Below, piece after piece: positions 29,943-39,742 of a stretch of 64,000 bases of DNA. A program made the translations under genes and the position numbers. The stretch is from the NCBI GenBank assembly GCA_963758635.1, contig CAVWWD010000006.1, positions 96,001 through 160,000 of the forward strand, given 5' to 3'. Each line of letters opens with the position of its first letter. The first letter of the stretch is position 1. The notes beneath the pieces are model-generated. The model had not been told where the DNA came from. It was given only the letters and a program-made list of their open reading frames with translations, and did no database searches. Source of the stretch: an uncultured Candidatus Rokubacteria bacterium (GTDB lineage: Bacteria; Methylomirabilota; Methylomirabilia; Rokubacteriales; CSP1-6).

Positions 29943-31283
29943 ATGGGACGCAAGCGAGCGAAGAGACCCGGCACTCCGGCGGCGCCTCCCGGCGACCCCG
30001 ACGCCCTCGCGCGCGCCATCGATCATCACCGCGCGGGCCGGCTCGACGAGGCCGAGGACGTCTACCGGCGCGTCCTCGTCGCGCGGCCGCGCGACCCCGA
30101 CGCGCTCCACTACCTGGGCGTCCTGAGCCACCAGCGCGGCCGGGGCGAGGAGGCGGTCGCGCTCATCCGCCGGGCCGTCGGGGCCGCGCCGGACTACGCC
30201 GACGCGCACACCAACCTCGGCAACGTGCTCAAGGAGCTGGGCCGCCTCGAAGAGGCCGCCGCGTCCTACCGGCGCGCGCTCGAGCTGTCCCCGCATCACG
30301 CTCCGACCATCAGCAATCTCGGGGCCACGCTCCGGGCCCTGGGCCGGCTCGACGAGGCGGTGGCCCAGCATCGCCGCGCGCTCGAGCTGGCGCCGCGGTC
30401 GGCCACCGCACACCTGAACCTCGGCAACGCGCTGCGCGAGCGGGGTGACCTGGACGGGGCGATCGCCGCCTTCTTCGCGGCCGTCGAGATCCAGCCGAGC
30501 ATCGGCGCGTACCAGGGGCTCGGCCGCGCCCTCTACCGCGCCGGACGGAGCGCCGAGGCCATTGGCGTCTTCCAGGCGTGGCTCCAGCAGGAGCCAGGCA
30601 ACCCGATCGCGCTCCATATGCTCGCGGCGTGCTCGGGGCACGACGTGCCGGCGCGCGCGTCCGACGGCTACGTGCAGCGGATCTTCGACGACATGGCGGA
30701 GGGTTACGACGATCACCTGCGCGATCTCGGGTATCGCGGACCCGAGCTCGCCCGCCAGGCCCTCGCCACCGCCGCCGGATCCCCTCGCCGGGCGCTCGAC
30801 GTGCTCGATGCCGGATGCGGCACCGGCCTGTGCGGCGCGGTCCTCCGGCCGTATGCCCGCCGCCTCGCGGGCGTGGACCTGTCCGATTCCATGCTGGCCC
30901 GGGCCCGCGGCCGCGGCGTGTACGACGAGCTCGTGGCGGCGGAGCTCACCGCGTACCTCGCCGGCCACGCGCGGGCCTTCGACCTCGTCCTGGTCGCCGA
31001 TACCCTGGTCTACTTCGGCGACCTCGCTCCCGTGCTCGCGGCCGCCGCTGGGGCGCTGCGGCCCGACGGCCTCCTCGTGTTCACGGTGGAGAGCGCGGAC
31101 GAGGAGGGCGATGCCCCGCCCGAGGGCTACCGGCTGAACGTGCACGGGCGCTACAGCCACGCGGCGGCCTATCTGCGCGAAGCGCTCGCCGCCTTCACGG
31201 CCGTCTCGATCCTTCCCGCCACCCTCCGGCACGAGGTCGGACGGCCGGTGGCGGGCTATGTGGTGACGGCCCGCGCCGCCTGA
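29943..31283 (+). CDS. TPR-repeat protein fused to a class I SAM methyltransferase
   Basis: Multiple TPRs (NLGNVL.ELGRLEEA); LDAGCGTG, GVDLS, GRYSH. Confidence 0.85.
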   Translation: MGRKRAKRPGTPAAPPGDPDALARAIDHHRAGRLDEAEDVYRRVLVARPRDPDALHYLGVLSHQRGRGEEAVALIRRAVGAAPDYADAHTNLGNVLKELGRLEEAAASYRRALELSPHHAPTISNLGATLRALGRLDEAVAQHRRALELAPRSATAHLNLGNALRERGDLDGAIAAFFAAVEIQPSIGAYQGLGRALYRAGRSAEAIGVFQAWLQQEPGNPIALHMLAACSGHDVPARASDGYVQRIFDDMAEGYDDHLRDLGYRGPELARQALATAAGSPRRALDVLDAGCGTGLCGAVLRPYARRLAGVDLSDSMLARARGRGVYDELVAAELTAYLAGHARAFDLVLVADTLVYFGDLAPVLAAAAGALRPDGLLVFTVESADEEGDAPPEGYRLNVHGRYSHAAAYLREALAAFTAVSILPATLRHEVGRPVAGYVVTARAA

Positions 31284-31475
31284 CCCGTGACGGCGGCGCC
31301 ATGCCCGGATCGGGCTCGCTGGACTTCCGGCATTCTTCCGCCGCACGGGATCCTTCCTGACCGGGCTCTCCCGAGATTCGCTGGTTTCGGCGCCGGCGCA
31401 GTGGCCCGCGGCCCGGCACCCGCGATGCATGCGTGAAGGGCCCAGCGGGCCCTATGTGTGCAGAAATCTGCGCCC

Positions 31476-31505
31476 TTGACAGGGTAGGGCCCCGGGGGAT
31501 AGCTT
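31476..31505 (+). promoter_or_regulatory. putative sigma70 promoter of the tssA-H operon
   Basis: TTGACA-N18-TAGCTT upstream of tssA. Confidence 0.45.
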
Positions 31506-31546
31506 CGGCGAGCGGGTCTTAGCGGGTTGTTACCGAGGGGACGGCC

Positions 31547-32558
31547 ATCGTCAACCTAGATACGCTTTTGCAGGAAGCCAGCGAAGCACCCCCCTGTGGG
31601 CCGAACCTCGAGCACGACCTCTCGTTCTTCGAGCTCGAGGAGGCGGCGCGGGCCAAGCCCGAGCAGAGCATCGGCGACGCCGTCAAGCCGGGCGAGGAGC
31701 CGAAGTGGTCCCAGGTCGTCGAGCTCTCGCAGGCGATTCTCGGGCGCAGCAAGGATCTCCGCGCAGCCATCTACCTGACGCGAGGTCTCGTGCGGACCGA
31801 GGGCATCACCGGGCTCACCGTTGGGCTCGGGCTCGTCCACGGGCTGCTCGAGCGCTACTGGGACAATGTCCATCCGCTGCTCGAGGCGGAGATGGACAAC
31901 GACCCCACCGAGCGCCTCAACGCGCTCACTCCCCTGGCCGACGTTCGAGACCCTCGTCAAGGACATCCGCGACAGCGACCTCGTGAGCTCGCGCGTGCAC
32001 GGGCGGCTCCAGGCCCGCGAAGTGGAGATCGCGCTGGGCCGGCTCGTGCCGGTCGCGACCGCCGACGCCGGGCCGACCAGGCCGCTCCACGAGGTGCATG
32101 CGCTGATCGCCGCCGCGTTCGCCGAGGACCGGACGGTGCCGACGGCGCTCCGCGAGGGCCAGGACCACGTCACGGCCATCCAGACGCTGGTGGCCGACCG
32201 CGTCGGCGCCGAGCGCTCCGTGGACCTCAAGCCGCTCACCCAGACCCTCGGCAGCCTCATCGAGGCCTGCGATGTGGCGCTGGGCGTGGGCAACGCCGCC
32301 GGCGAGGGCTCGGAGGAGGAGACGAACGGCGGCCCAACGGTGATCAAGGGCGAGCTCCGGAGCCGGCAGGAGGCGATCCGTGCCCTCGATCTGGTCTGCC
32401 GCTACCTGGAGCGCCACGAGCCGACCAACCCCGCGCCGCTGTTCATCCGGCGGGCCCAGCGGCTGATGACGAAGAACTTCATGGACATCGTGAAGGATCT
32501 GCTGCCCGACAGCCTGGCCAACCTCGAGCGGCTGACCGGCGAGCCGGAGACCAAGTAG
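31547..32558 (+). CDS. tssA: T6SS TssA (short ImpA_N type); apparent frameshift near 31945; start codon uncertain (ATC 31547 or TTG 31568)
   Basis: PCGPNLE, SKDLR, W..VHP; C-terminal YLERHEPTNPAP. Confidence 0.88.
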
Positions 32559-32583
32559 GGCTCACGCCCCAAGGAGGTACGAG

Positions 32584-33108
32584 ATGGCACGAGCGAGCAG
32601 CCAGAAGTTCATCGCGCGCAACCGCGCGCCCCGGGTCCAGATCGAGTACGACGTGGAGCTCTACGGAGCGGAGAAGAAGATCCAGCTCCCGTTCGTGATG
32701 GGGGTCATGGCCAACCTGTCGGGCAAGCCCGCGGAGGCGCTCCCCGACGTGGCCGACCGGAAGTTCCTCGACGTCGACATCGACAACTTCGACCAGCGCC
32801 TCAAGGCCATGAAGCCCCGGGTCGCCTTCCAGGTGCCGAACACCCTCACCGGCGACGGCAACCTGATGGTCGATCTGACGTTCGACAGCATGGACGACTT
32901 CTCGCCCGCCGCGGTGGCCCGGAAGGTCGACTCCCTGCGCAAGCTCCTCGAGGCGCGCCAGCAGCTGTCGAACCTGCTCACCTACATGGACGGCAAGACC
33001 GGCGCCGAGTCGCTGATCCGGCAGCTGCTGCAGGATCCCGCGCTCCTCCAGGCGCTCGCCTCCACCCCCAAGCCCGAGGCCGCGGCGGAAGCCGGGCCCC
33101 CGGCGTAG
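32584..33108 (+). CDS. tssB: T6SS sheath small subunit
   Basis: RAPRVQIEYDVE, LPFVMGV, FDSMDDFSP. Confidence 0.97.
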   Translation: MARASSQKFIARNRAPRVQIEYDVELYGAEKKIQLPFVMGVMANLSGKPAEALPDVADRKFLDVDIDNFDQRLKAMKPRVAFQVPNTLTGDGNLMVDLTFDSMDDFSPAAVARKVDSLRKLLEARQQLSNLLTYMDGKTGAESLIRQLLQDPALLQALASTPKPEAAAEAGPPA

Positions 33109-33123
33109 CGGAGAGGGCAGGCC

Positions 33124-34611
33124 ATGGCGACACAAGAACAGTCCGGCGGCCAGGCAAAGGGGGTCGAGGTCTCAGAGCTGGGGTCGCTCCTCCAGAAGGA
33201 GTTCAAGCCGCGCTCCGATGCCGCCAAGGAAGCGGTCGAGACCGCCGTCCGCACGCTCGCCGAGCAGGCCCTGTCGCAGAGCACGGTGATCTCCTCGGAC
33301 GTGATCGCGACGATCGAGTCGATCATCGCCGCGCTCGACAAGAAGCTGTCCGAGCAGGTCAACCTGATCATGCACCACAAGGACTTCCAGGAGCTGGAAG
33401 GCGCCTGGCGCGGTCTCGCCTACCTGGTGAACAACACCGAGACCGACGAGATGCTGAAGATCCGCGTGATGAACATCTCCAAGGCCGACCTCGCCCGGAA
33501 CCTCCGCCGCTACAAGGGCACGGCCTGGGACCAGAGCCCGATCTTCAAGAAGGTGTACGAGGCCGAGTACGGCCAGTTCGGCGGCGAGCCGTTCGGGGCC
33601 ATCGTCGGCGACTACGCGTTCGACCACACCCCGCCCGACGTGGAGCTCCTGAGCTCGATGGCGCAGGTCGGCGCCGCGGCACACTGCCCGTTCATCGCGG
33701 GCGTTTCGCCCACCCTGATGCAGATGGGGAGCTGGCAGGAGCTCGCCAACCCCCGCGACATCACCAAGATCTTCAGCACCCCGGAGTACGCGCCGTGGCG
33801 CTCGCTCCGCGACTCCGAGGACTCGCGCTACATCGGCCTCGCCATGCCCCGCTTCCTGGGCCGCTATCCCTACGGCAAGGCCAACCCCGTCGAGGAGTTC
33901 GACTTCCAGGAGGAGACCGAGGGCGCCCACCACGACAAGTTCACGTGGGTGAACTCGGCCTACGCCATGGCCGTGAACATCACGCGATCGTTCAAGCTCT
34001 ACGGCTGGTGCTCGCGCATTCGCGGGGTGGAGTCGGGGGGCGCCGTCGAGGGCCTGCCCGTGCACACCTTCCCGACCGACGACGGCGGCGTGGACATGAA
34101 GTGCCCCACGGAGATCGCCATCAGCGACCGCCGCGAGGCCGAGCTCGCCAAGGCCGGCCTCATGCCGCTCCTGCACAGGAAAAACACGGACATCGCCGCG
34201 TTCATCGGCGCGCAGTCGCTGCAGAAGCCGGCGGAGTACACCGATCCCGACGCGACGGCCAACGCCAACCTGTCGGCGCGGCTGCCGTACCTCTTCGCGG
34301 CCAACCGCTTCGCGCACTATCTCAAGTGCATCGTGCGCGACAAGATCGGCTCCTTCCGCGAGCGCAACGACATGCAGACGTGGCTGAACAACTGGATCAC
34401 GCAGTACGTGCTGAGCAACCCCGGTTCGGCGGGCGAAGAGACGAAGGCCCAGTACCCACTGGCCGCCGCCGAGGTGACGGTCGAGGAGGTCGAGGGCAAT
34501 CCCGGTTACTATCGGTCGCGGTTCTACCTCCGGCCGCACTATCAGCTCGAGGGCTTGAGCGTGTCGCTGCGCCTGGTCTCCAAGCTTCCGTCGGTGAAGA
34601 GTGGCGGATGA
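33124..34611 (+). CDS. tssC: T6SS sheath large subunit
   Basis: LEGAWRGL, EYGQFGGEP, AAAHCPF, RFAHYLK, PHYQLEG. Confidence 0.97.
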   Translation: MATQEQSGGQAKGVEVSELGSLLQKEFKPRSDAAKEAVETAVRTLAEQALSQSTVISSDVIATIESIIAALDKKLSEQVNLIMHHKDFQELEGAWRGLAYLVNNTETDEMLKIRVMNISKADLARNLRRYKGTAWDQSPIFKKVYEAEYGQFGGEPFGAIVGDYAFDHTPPDVELLSSMAQVGAAAHCPFIAGVSPTLMQMGSWQELANPRDITKIFSTPEYAPWRSLRDSEDSRYIGLAMPRFLGRYPYGKANPVEEFDFQEETEGAHHDKFTWVNSAYAMAVNITRSFKLYGWCSRIRGVESGGAVEGLPVHTFPTDDGGVDMKCPTEIAISDRREAELAKAGLMPLLHRKNTDIAAFIGAQSLQKPAEYTDPDATANANLSARLPYLFAANRFAHYLKCIVRDKIGSFRERNDMQTWLNNWITQYVLSNPGSAGEETKAQYPLAAAEVTVEEVEGNPGYYRSRFYLRPHYQLEGLSVSLRLVSKLPSVKSGG

Positions 34612-34699
34612 TTTGCAACGCGGAGTGAGCAGTCAGCGCGCGGTCGGGAGCCGCACGCAACCCTGAACAAGCAGGACGACCAAAAGGAGGCGGGGCGCC

Positions 34700-35182
34700 A
34701 TGGCAGTGGACATCTTCATCAAGATCGGTGACGTGAAGGGCGAGGCGAAGGATGCCGTGCACAAGGGGGAGATCGACGTGCTCGCGTGGAGCTGGGGCAT
34801 GAACCAGCCGGGCTCGGGTCACGTCGGAGGCGGTCTCGGCACGGGGAAGGTCAACGTGCAGGACCTGTCCTTGACGAAGTACATCGACCTGTCGTCCCCC
34901 GACCTCATGCTGGCGTGCTGCAACGGCAAGCACTACCCCGAGGCGAAGCTCACCGTGCGGAAGGCCGGTGAGAACCCCCTCGAGTACCTCGTGATCAAGT
35001 TGACGGACGTGATGATCACCTCCGTGTCGACGGGGGGCTCGGGCAGCAACGACCGGCTGACCGAGAACGTCTCGCTCAACTTCGCGAAGGTGAACGTGGA
35101 CTACGTGGAGCAGCTCGCCGGCGGCGGCAAGGGTGGCACGCCGAAGATGGGCTGGGACGTCGAGGCCAACAAGAAGCTGTAG
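34700..35182 (+). CDS. hcp: T6SS tube protein Hcp
   Basis: VKGEAKD..HKGEIDVLAWSWG, TKYIDLSSP, ENVSLNF. Confidence 0.97.
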   Translation: MAVDIFIKIGDVKGEAKDAVHKGEIDVLAWSWGMNQPGSGHVGGGLGTGKVNVQDLSLTKYIDLSSPDLMLACCNGKHYPEAKLTVRKAGENPLEYLVIKLTDVMITSVSTGGSGSNDRLTENVSLNFAKVNVDYVEQLAGGGKGGTPKMGWDVEANKKL

Positions 35183-35196
35183 GTTCTCCGCGCACG

Positions 35197-35240
35197 GCCG
35201 GCGCCGCCCGGGCTGGGAATCGGCCCGCGGCGGCGCCGGC
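35197..35240 (+). terminator. GC-rich stem-loop after hcp (terminator or mRNA stabiliser)
   Basis: GCCGGCGCCGCCCGGGCTG...TCGGCCCGCGGCGGCGCCGGC inverted repeat; no U tract. Confidence 0.4.
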
Positions 35241-35261
35241 GACGCGCCAGGATCCCCTGCC

Positions 35262-36059
35262 ATGCCTGCCGAGGAAAGCCTCCGTGACGGCCGTGTGAAG
35301 GACGCGCTGACCGAGCTGCAGGATCAGGTCCGCAAGGACCCCGGCAACTCGGGCTACCGCGTCTTCCTCTTCCAGCTCCTGTGCGTGCTCGGCGACTGGG
35401 ACCGGGCGCGGGATCAGCTCAAGGTGCTGGCCGACCTCGACGCCGGCTCCCTCGCCCTCGTCCACGTCTACGGCGCGGCGGTGAGCTGCGAGGAGCTGCG
35501 GCGCGACGTGTTCGCGGGCACGCGCACCCCGCTCGTGCTCGGCGAGCCGCTGCCGTGGCTGGCTCTCCTCTTCCAGGCGCTGGCCACGACCGGGCCCGAC
35601 GCCGCGGTCAGGGCCAAGACGATCCGCGCCGAGGCGTTCGAGCAGGCGGTGGCGGTGCCCGGCGCGGTCGACGGCAAGGAGTTCGAGTGGATCGCCGACG
35701 CCGACCCGCGGGTGGGACCGGTGTGCGAGGCGATCATCGACGGCCGCTACTACTGGGTGCCGTTCGAGCGCATCCAGGCGGTGACGATCGAGGCCCCCTC
35801 CGCGCTGCGCGACAAGGTGTGGGCGCCCGCCACCCTGACCCTCGCCAACGGTGGCCAGACGGCGGCCCTCCTGCCCGCGCGCTACCCGGGCTCGGAGGCT
35901 TCCGGCGACGGTCTCATCCAGCTCGCGCGGAAGACGGAGTGGGACGAGGTCGCCCCCGAGACGTTCTACGGGCGCGGGCAGCGGATGCTCGCGACCGACA
36001 CCGAGGAGTACAGCCTCCTCAACGTCCGGCGCATCGACCTCCGGGGAGTGCCTGAATGA
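35262..36059 (+). CDS. tagJ: T6SS accessory TagJ (ImpE/SciE)
   Basis: R.FLFQLLCV.G.W.RA..QL, FEWIADADPRVGP, YYWVPF, PARYP. Confidence 0.92.
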   Translation: MPAEESLRDGRVKDALTELQDQVRKDPGNSGYRVFLFQLLCVLGDWDRARDQLKVLADLDAGSLALVHVYGAAVSCEELRRDVFAGTRTPLVLGEPLPWLALLFQALATTGPDAAVRAKTIRAEAFEQAVAVPGAVDGKEFEWIADADPRVGPVCEAIIDGRYYWVPFERIQAVTIEAPSALRDKVWAPATLTLANGGQTAALLPARYPGSEASGDGLIQLARKTEWDEVAPETFYGRGQRMLATDTEEYSLLNVRRIDLRGVPE

Positions 36060-36139
36060 CGGGACGACGTTGCGCGTGTACGCAGAACCGCGATGTGGCC
36101 CCGCCCGGCGACGTCGAAATCAGCTTTTCATCACAACCC
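36046..36139 (-). repeat. repeat family B copy 2; supplies the tagJ C-terminus and stop codon
   Basis: Reverse complement GGGTTGTGATGAAAAGC...TTTCGACGTCGCCGGGCGGGGC...GCGTACACGCG aligns with 42565-42663. Confidence 0.65.
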
Positions 36140-36155
36140 ATCCCGGCGGCGTGAG

Positions 36156-36659
36156 ATGGTCGAGGTCGGCGCACGCGACACGCTGCAGCCCGCCCTCCTC
36201 GACCGCCTGACCGACGACGACCCGCGCCACAAGCTGGAGGGCCGCGAGTCTCGCGTGATCAGCCGCTCCCAGCTGCGGGCCTACGTGCTGCGCGACCTGT
36301 CCTGGCTGTTCAACACCACGAACCTCTCCGCGGAAATGGACTTCACCGGCCATCCGCTCGCCGAGGCGTCGACCATCAACTATGGCCTGGTGCCGCTGTC
36401 GGGCAAGGTCATCTCGAGCCTCGACATCGGGCAGCTCGAGCAGTTGATCAAGCAGACGATCATTCGCTTCGAGCCGCGCATCCTGCCGCAGACCCTCACC
36501 GTGCGCGGCCTCACGTCGGTGGACCCCGTCGAACACCACAACGTGTTCTCGTTCGAGATCGCGGCGTCGCTCTGGGCGCAGCCCTACCCGCTGGAGCTCC
36601 TGCTCAAGACCGACCTGGACCTCGAGAGCGGGGAGGTCCACATCGCCGAGGGGCGCTGA
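36156..36659 (+). CDS. tssE: T6SS baseplate TssE
   Basis: LQPALLDRLTD, RDLSWLFNT, NYG, RFEPRI. Confidence 0.93.
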   Translation: MVEVGARDTLQPALLDRLTDDDPRHKLEGRESRVISRSQLRAYVLRDLSWLFNTTNLSAEMDFTGHPLAEASTINYGLVPLSGKVISSLDIGQLEQLIKQTIIRFEPRILPQTLTVRGLTSVDPVEHHNVFSFEIAASLWAQPYPLELLLKTDLDLESGEVHIAEGR

Positions 36660-36825
36660 TGAGCCTCGCAGGATACGGTAGTCGTCACGGGCCTCTACAA
36701 TCCCCCCTCTGCGGCGTCAGTCCGATACGCGGGGCTCTATAGTGAGACTCGCAGAATGCGCTAACCGTCACGGGCCTCTACAATCCTACCTTTGCGGCGT
36801 TAGTCTGATGCGCGGGGCTCTCTAG
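36659..36825 (+). repeat. repeat family A, two tandem copies (83-bp period), each a 27-aa mini-ORF
   Basis: 36659-36742 MSLAGYGSRHGPLQSPLCGVSPIRGAL*; 36742-36825 (GTG)RLAECANRHGPLQSYLCGVSLMRGAL*. Confidence 0.88.
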
Positions 36826-38712
36826 ATGGATCCGCGGCTCCTGCGCTACTACACGCAGGAACTGCAGTACATCCGCGAGATGGGCGCGGAGTTCGCCGCG
36901 CGCTTCCCGAAGATCGCGGCCCGGCTGGCCCTCGACGCGACGGAGGTGGCCGACCCCTACGTCGAGCGCCTCCTCGAAGGGTTCAGCTTCCTGTCCGCGC
37001 GGGTCCGGTTGAAGCTCGACTCGGAGTTCCCAAGGTTCGCGCAGCACCTGCTCGACGTGGTGTATCCGCACTACCTCGCGCCCACGCCCGCCATGGTAAT
37101 CGCGCAGTTCATCCCCATCCTGACCGATCCCGCGCTGGCCACCGGCTTCCTGCTGCCGCGCGGCACCGAGATCCGCGGGCACATCCCCCGGGGCGAGGTG
37201 ACGCCGTGCCAGTTCCGTACCGCGCACGACGTCACGCTGTGGCCGATCGAGGTCGTGGAGGCGCGCTACGTCCCGCAGGCGCCCGACCTCCCCCTCACCT
37301 CGCTGCCCATCCGGGAGCCGATCCGCGGGGTGCTGCGGCTCCGCCTGCGCACCCCGGCGGGGCTTCCCGTGCAGAAGGTCGCCCTCGACCGCCTGACCCT
37401 CTACCTGTCGGGGAGCGACGACGGCGCGCTCAAGCTCTACGAGCTGCTCCTCGGCAGCGGGCTCGGCGTCCTCGTGACGCCGCCCGGCCGTCCGGTGGCG
37501 TGGTCGGAGTGGCAGGGCCGGCAGGCCATCCAGCCCGGCGGCTTCGCGCCCGAGCAGGCGCTCCTGCCGTACACGAACCGCTCGCTCAGCGGCTACCGGC
37601 TGCTGCACGAGTACTTCGCCTTCCCCGACCGCTACCGCTTCATCGAGCTGACCGGCCTCCAGAAGGCGTTCGCCCGCCAGCCCGGTCAGGAGATCGAGAT
37701 CGCGGTGCCTCTCGGGCGCGGCGACCCCACGCTGGCCTCGCTCGTGGACCGTGGCAGCTTCACGCTGCACTGCACGCCCGCCATCAACCTCTTCCCGCGG
37801 CGGGGCGACCGGATCCACGTGACGGATCAGTACGCGGAGCAGCACGTCGTGGTGGACCGCACGCGGCCGATGGACTTCGAGGTGTACTCGGTCGAGCGCG
37901 TAACCGGCTACGGCGAGGGCTCGGACACCGAGCAGGAGTTCCGGCCGTTCTATTCCTCCGTGGACGCCGACCGCGCCTCCGCGGGCGGCTACTTCTCGGT
38001 GCGCCGCGAGCCGCGAGCCCTGTCCGAGCAGCAGCGGCGGGACGGGGCGCGGACCGGGTACATCGGCACCGAGGTGTCCCTGTCGCTGGTCGATCCCCGC
38101 GAGGCCCCGTACTCCGGCCGCATCCGTCAGCTCGCCATCGAGGTGCTCGCGGCCAACCGTGACCTGCCGCTCCTCATGCCGGTGGGCAGCGCCTCCGACT
38201 TCAGCCTCAACGCCTCCGCGCCCGTGGAAGGCGTGCGGTGCCTGCGCGGCCCGACGCGCCCGCGCTCCGGCGTGCCCGACGGGGAGATCTCGTGGCGGCT
38301 CATCAACCACCTGTCGCTGAACTACCTGACGGTGACCGACCTCGACCAGGCGCAGGGCGCCACCGCGCTCCGGGAGTTCCTCGAGCTGTACGCGGACCTC
38401 GCCGACGCCGACAGCGCCGACGCGCCGGCGCGGCGCCAGGCCCTCGGGGTCCGGCGCGTCGTGGTCAGCCCGCGCACCCGGCGGCTGCCGGTGCCCGGGC
38501 CCATCGTGTTCGCCCGGGGCCTGGAGGTCCAGCTCACCGTCGACGAGACGGCCTTCGCCGGCGGCAGCGCGTACCTGCTCGGCGCGGTGCTCGAGCAGGT
38601 GTTCGGGCGGCTCGCGTCGATGAACACGTTCAGCGAGCTCGTGCTCGTGTCCGAGACCCGGGGGGAGATCAAGCGATGGCCGCCACGGATGGCCACGCGG
38701 CAGCTCGCCTAG
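36826..38712 (+). CDS. tssF: T6SS baseplate TssF
   Basis: MDPRLLRYY..EL, DPYVERLLEGF, GYRLLHEYFAFP, CTPAINLF, WRLINHLSLNY. Confidence 0.96.
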   Translation: MDPRLLRYYTQELQYIREMGAEFAARFPKIAARLALDATEVADPYVERLLEGFSFLSARVRLKLDSEFPRFAQHLLDVVYPHYLAPTPAMVIAQFIPILTDPALATGFLLPRGTEIRGHIPRGEVTPCQFRTAHDVTLWPIEVVEARYVPQAPDLPLTSLPIREPIRGVLRLRLRTPAGLPVQKVALDRLTLYLSGSDDGALKLYELLLGSGLGVLVTPPGRPVAWSEWQGRQAIQPGGFAPEQALLPYTNRSLSGYRLLHEYFAFPDRYRFIELTGLQKAFARQPGQEIEIAVPLGRGDPTLASLVDRGSFTLHCTPAINLFPRRGDRIHVTDQYAEQHVVVDRTRPMDFEVYSVERVTGYGEGSDTEQEFRPFYSSVDADRASAGGYFSVRREPRALSEQQRRDGARTGYIGTEVSLSLVDPREAPYSGRIRQLAIEVLAANRDLPLLMPVGSASDFSLNASAPVEGVRCLRGPTRPRSGVPDGEISWRLINHLSLNYLTVTDLDQAQGATALREFLELYADLADADSADAPARRQALGVRRVVVSPRTRRLPVPGPIVFARGLEVQLTVDETAFAGGSAYLLGAVLEQVFGRLASMNTFSELVLVSETRGEIKRWPPRMATRQLA

Positions 38713-39734
38713 CCCTCTACGAGGCCCTCGCCGCCGCGCCGTGGTCGTTCGACCTCTTCCAGGCGCTCAGGCGGATCGAGGGCGTGCACCCCGAGCTGCC
38801 GCGGCTCGGCATGGGCGTGCGGCCATCGGAGGAGCCCGTGCGCCTGTCCCAGGAGGCGTCGATGGCCTTCGCGCCCTCGACGGTGTCGGCCTTCGAGGAG
38901 CAGGACGGCGGCGGCCCGCCGCGCCTCGAGCAGCGCGTGTTCGGGCTGCTCGGCCCCAACGGCCCCCTGCCGCTGCATCTCACCGAGTACACGCGAGCCC
39001 GGCTGCTCCACCACGACGACCCGACGCTCTTGCGGTTCATGGACCTGTTCCACCATCGGCTCGGGCTCTTCTTCTACCGCGCGTGGGCCGAGTCCCGCCC
39101 CACCGTGCAGCACGACCGGCCCACGCAGGACCGGTTCGCGCGCTACGTGGGGTCGTTCGCCGGGTATGCCTCGCCGGCCATGCGGTCCCGCGACGCGGTG
39201 CCCGATCACGCGAAGCTCTTCTTCGTGGGCCACCTCTCGCGGAGCGCGAAGAACGCGGAGGGCCTCGCCTCCATCCTCGCCGGCTACTTCCGGCTGCCCG
39301 CGCGTGTCGACCAGTTCACGCTGGGCTGGCTCGAGCTGCCCGTGGACCAGCGGACGGTGCTCGGCCCCGAGGAACGGCCGAGCTCGATCCTCGGCCAGGG
39401 CATCGTGGTGGGCCGCCGCGTGCGAGACGCGCAGACGCGGTTCCGCGCCGTGCTCGGGCCGATGCGCCTCGACCGGTACGAGGACTTCCTCCCCGGCGCG
39501 CAGAGCCTCGACCGGCTCGTGGACTGGGTCCGCAACTACGTCGGGTACGAGTTCGACTGGGAGGTGCAGCTGGTGCTGGCGCGCGACGAGGTGCCCGGCA
39601 TCCAGCTCGGCGTGCAGGGACGGCTCGGGTGGACGACGTGGCTCGGCGCGCGCCCCAGCCCCACCGATGCCGACGACCTCATCCTGGCCCCGGAACGCAT
39701 GCGGCTCCGCGAGCGTCCGCTCGCCGCAGCCTAG
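38676..39734 (+). CDS. tssG: T6SS baseplate TssG
   Basis: FQALRRIE, FGLLGPNGPLPLH, DLFHHR, RLGWTTW. Confidence 0.94.
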   Translation: MAATDGHAAARLALYEALAAAPWSFDLFQALRRIEGVHPELPRLGMGVRPSEEPVRLSQEASMAFAPSTVSAFEEQDGGGPPRLEQRVFGLLGPNGPLPLHLTEYTRARLLHHDDPTLLRFMDLFHHRLGLFFYRAWAESRPTVQHDRPTQDRFARYVGSFAGYASPAMRSRDAVPDHAKLFFVGHLSRSAKNAEGLASILAGYFRLPARVDQFTLGWLELPVDQRTVLGPEERPSSILGQGIVVGRRVRDAQTRFRAVLGPMRLDRYEDFLPGAQSLDRLVDWVRNYVGYEFDWEVQLVLARDEVPGIQLGVQGRLGWTTWLGARPSPTDADDLILAPERMRLRERPLAAA

Positions 39735-39742
39735 GAGAGACC

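Noticed and set aside
36659..36825. Tandem repeats as a CRISPR array or integron attC cassettes
   Set aside because: Units are ~77 bp with only 5-6 nt between them; no unique spacers, no cas or intI gene, and no RYYYAAC/GTTRRRY core sites
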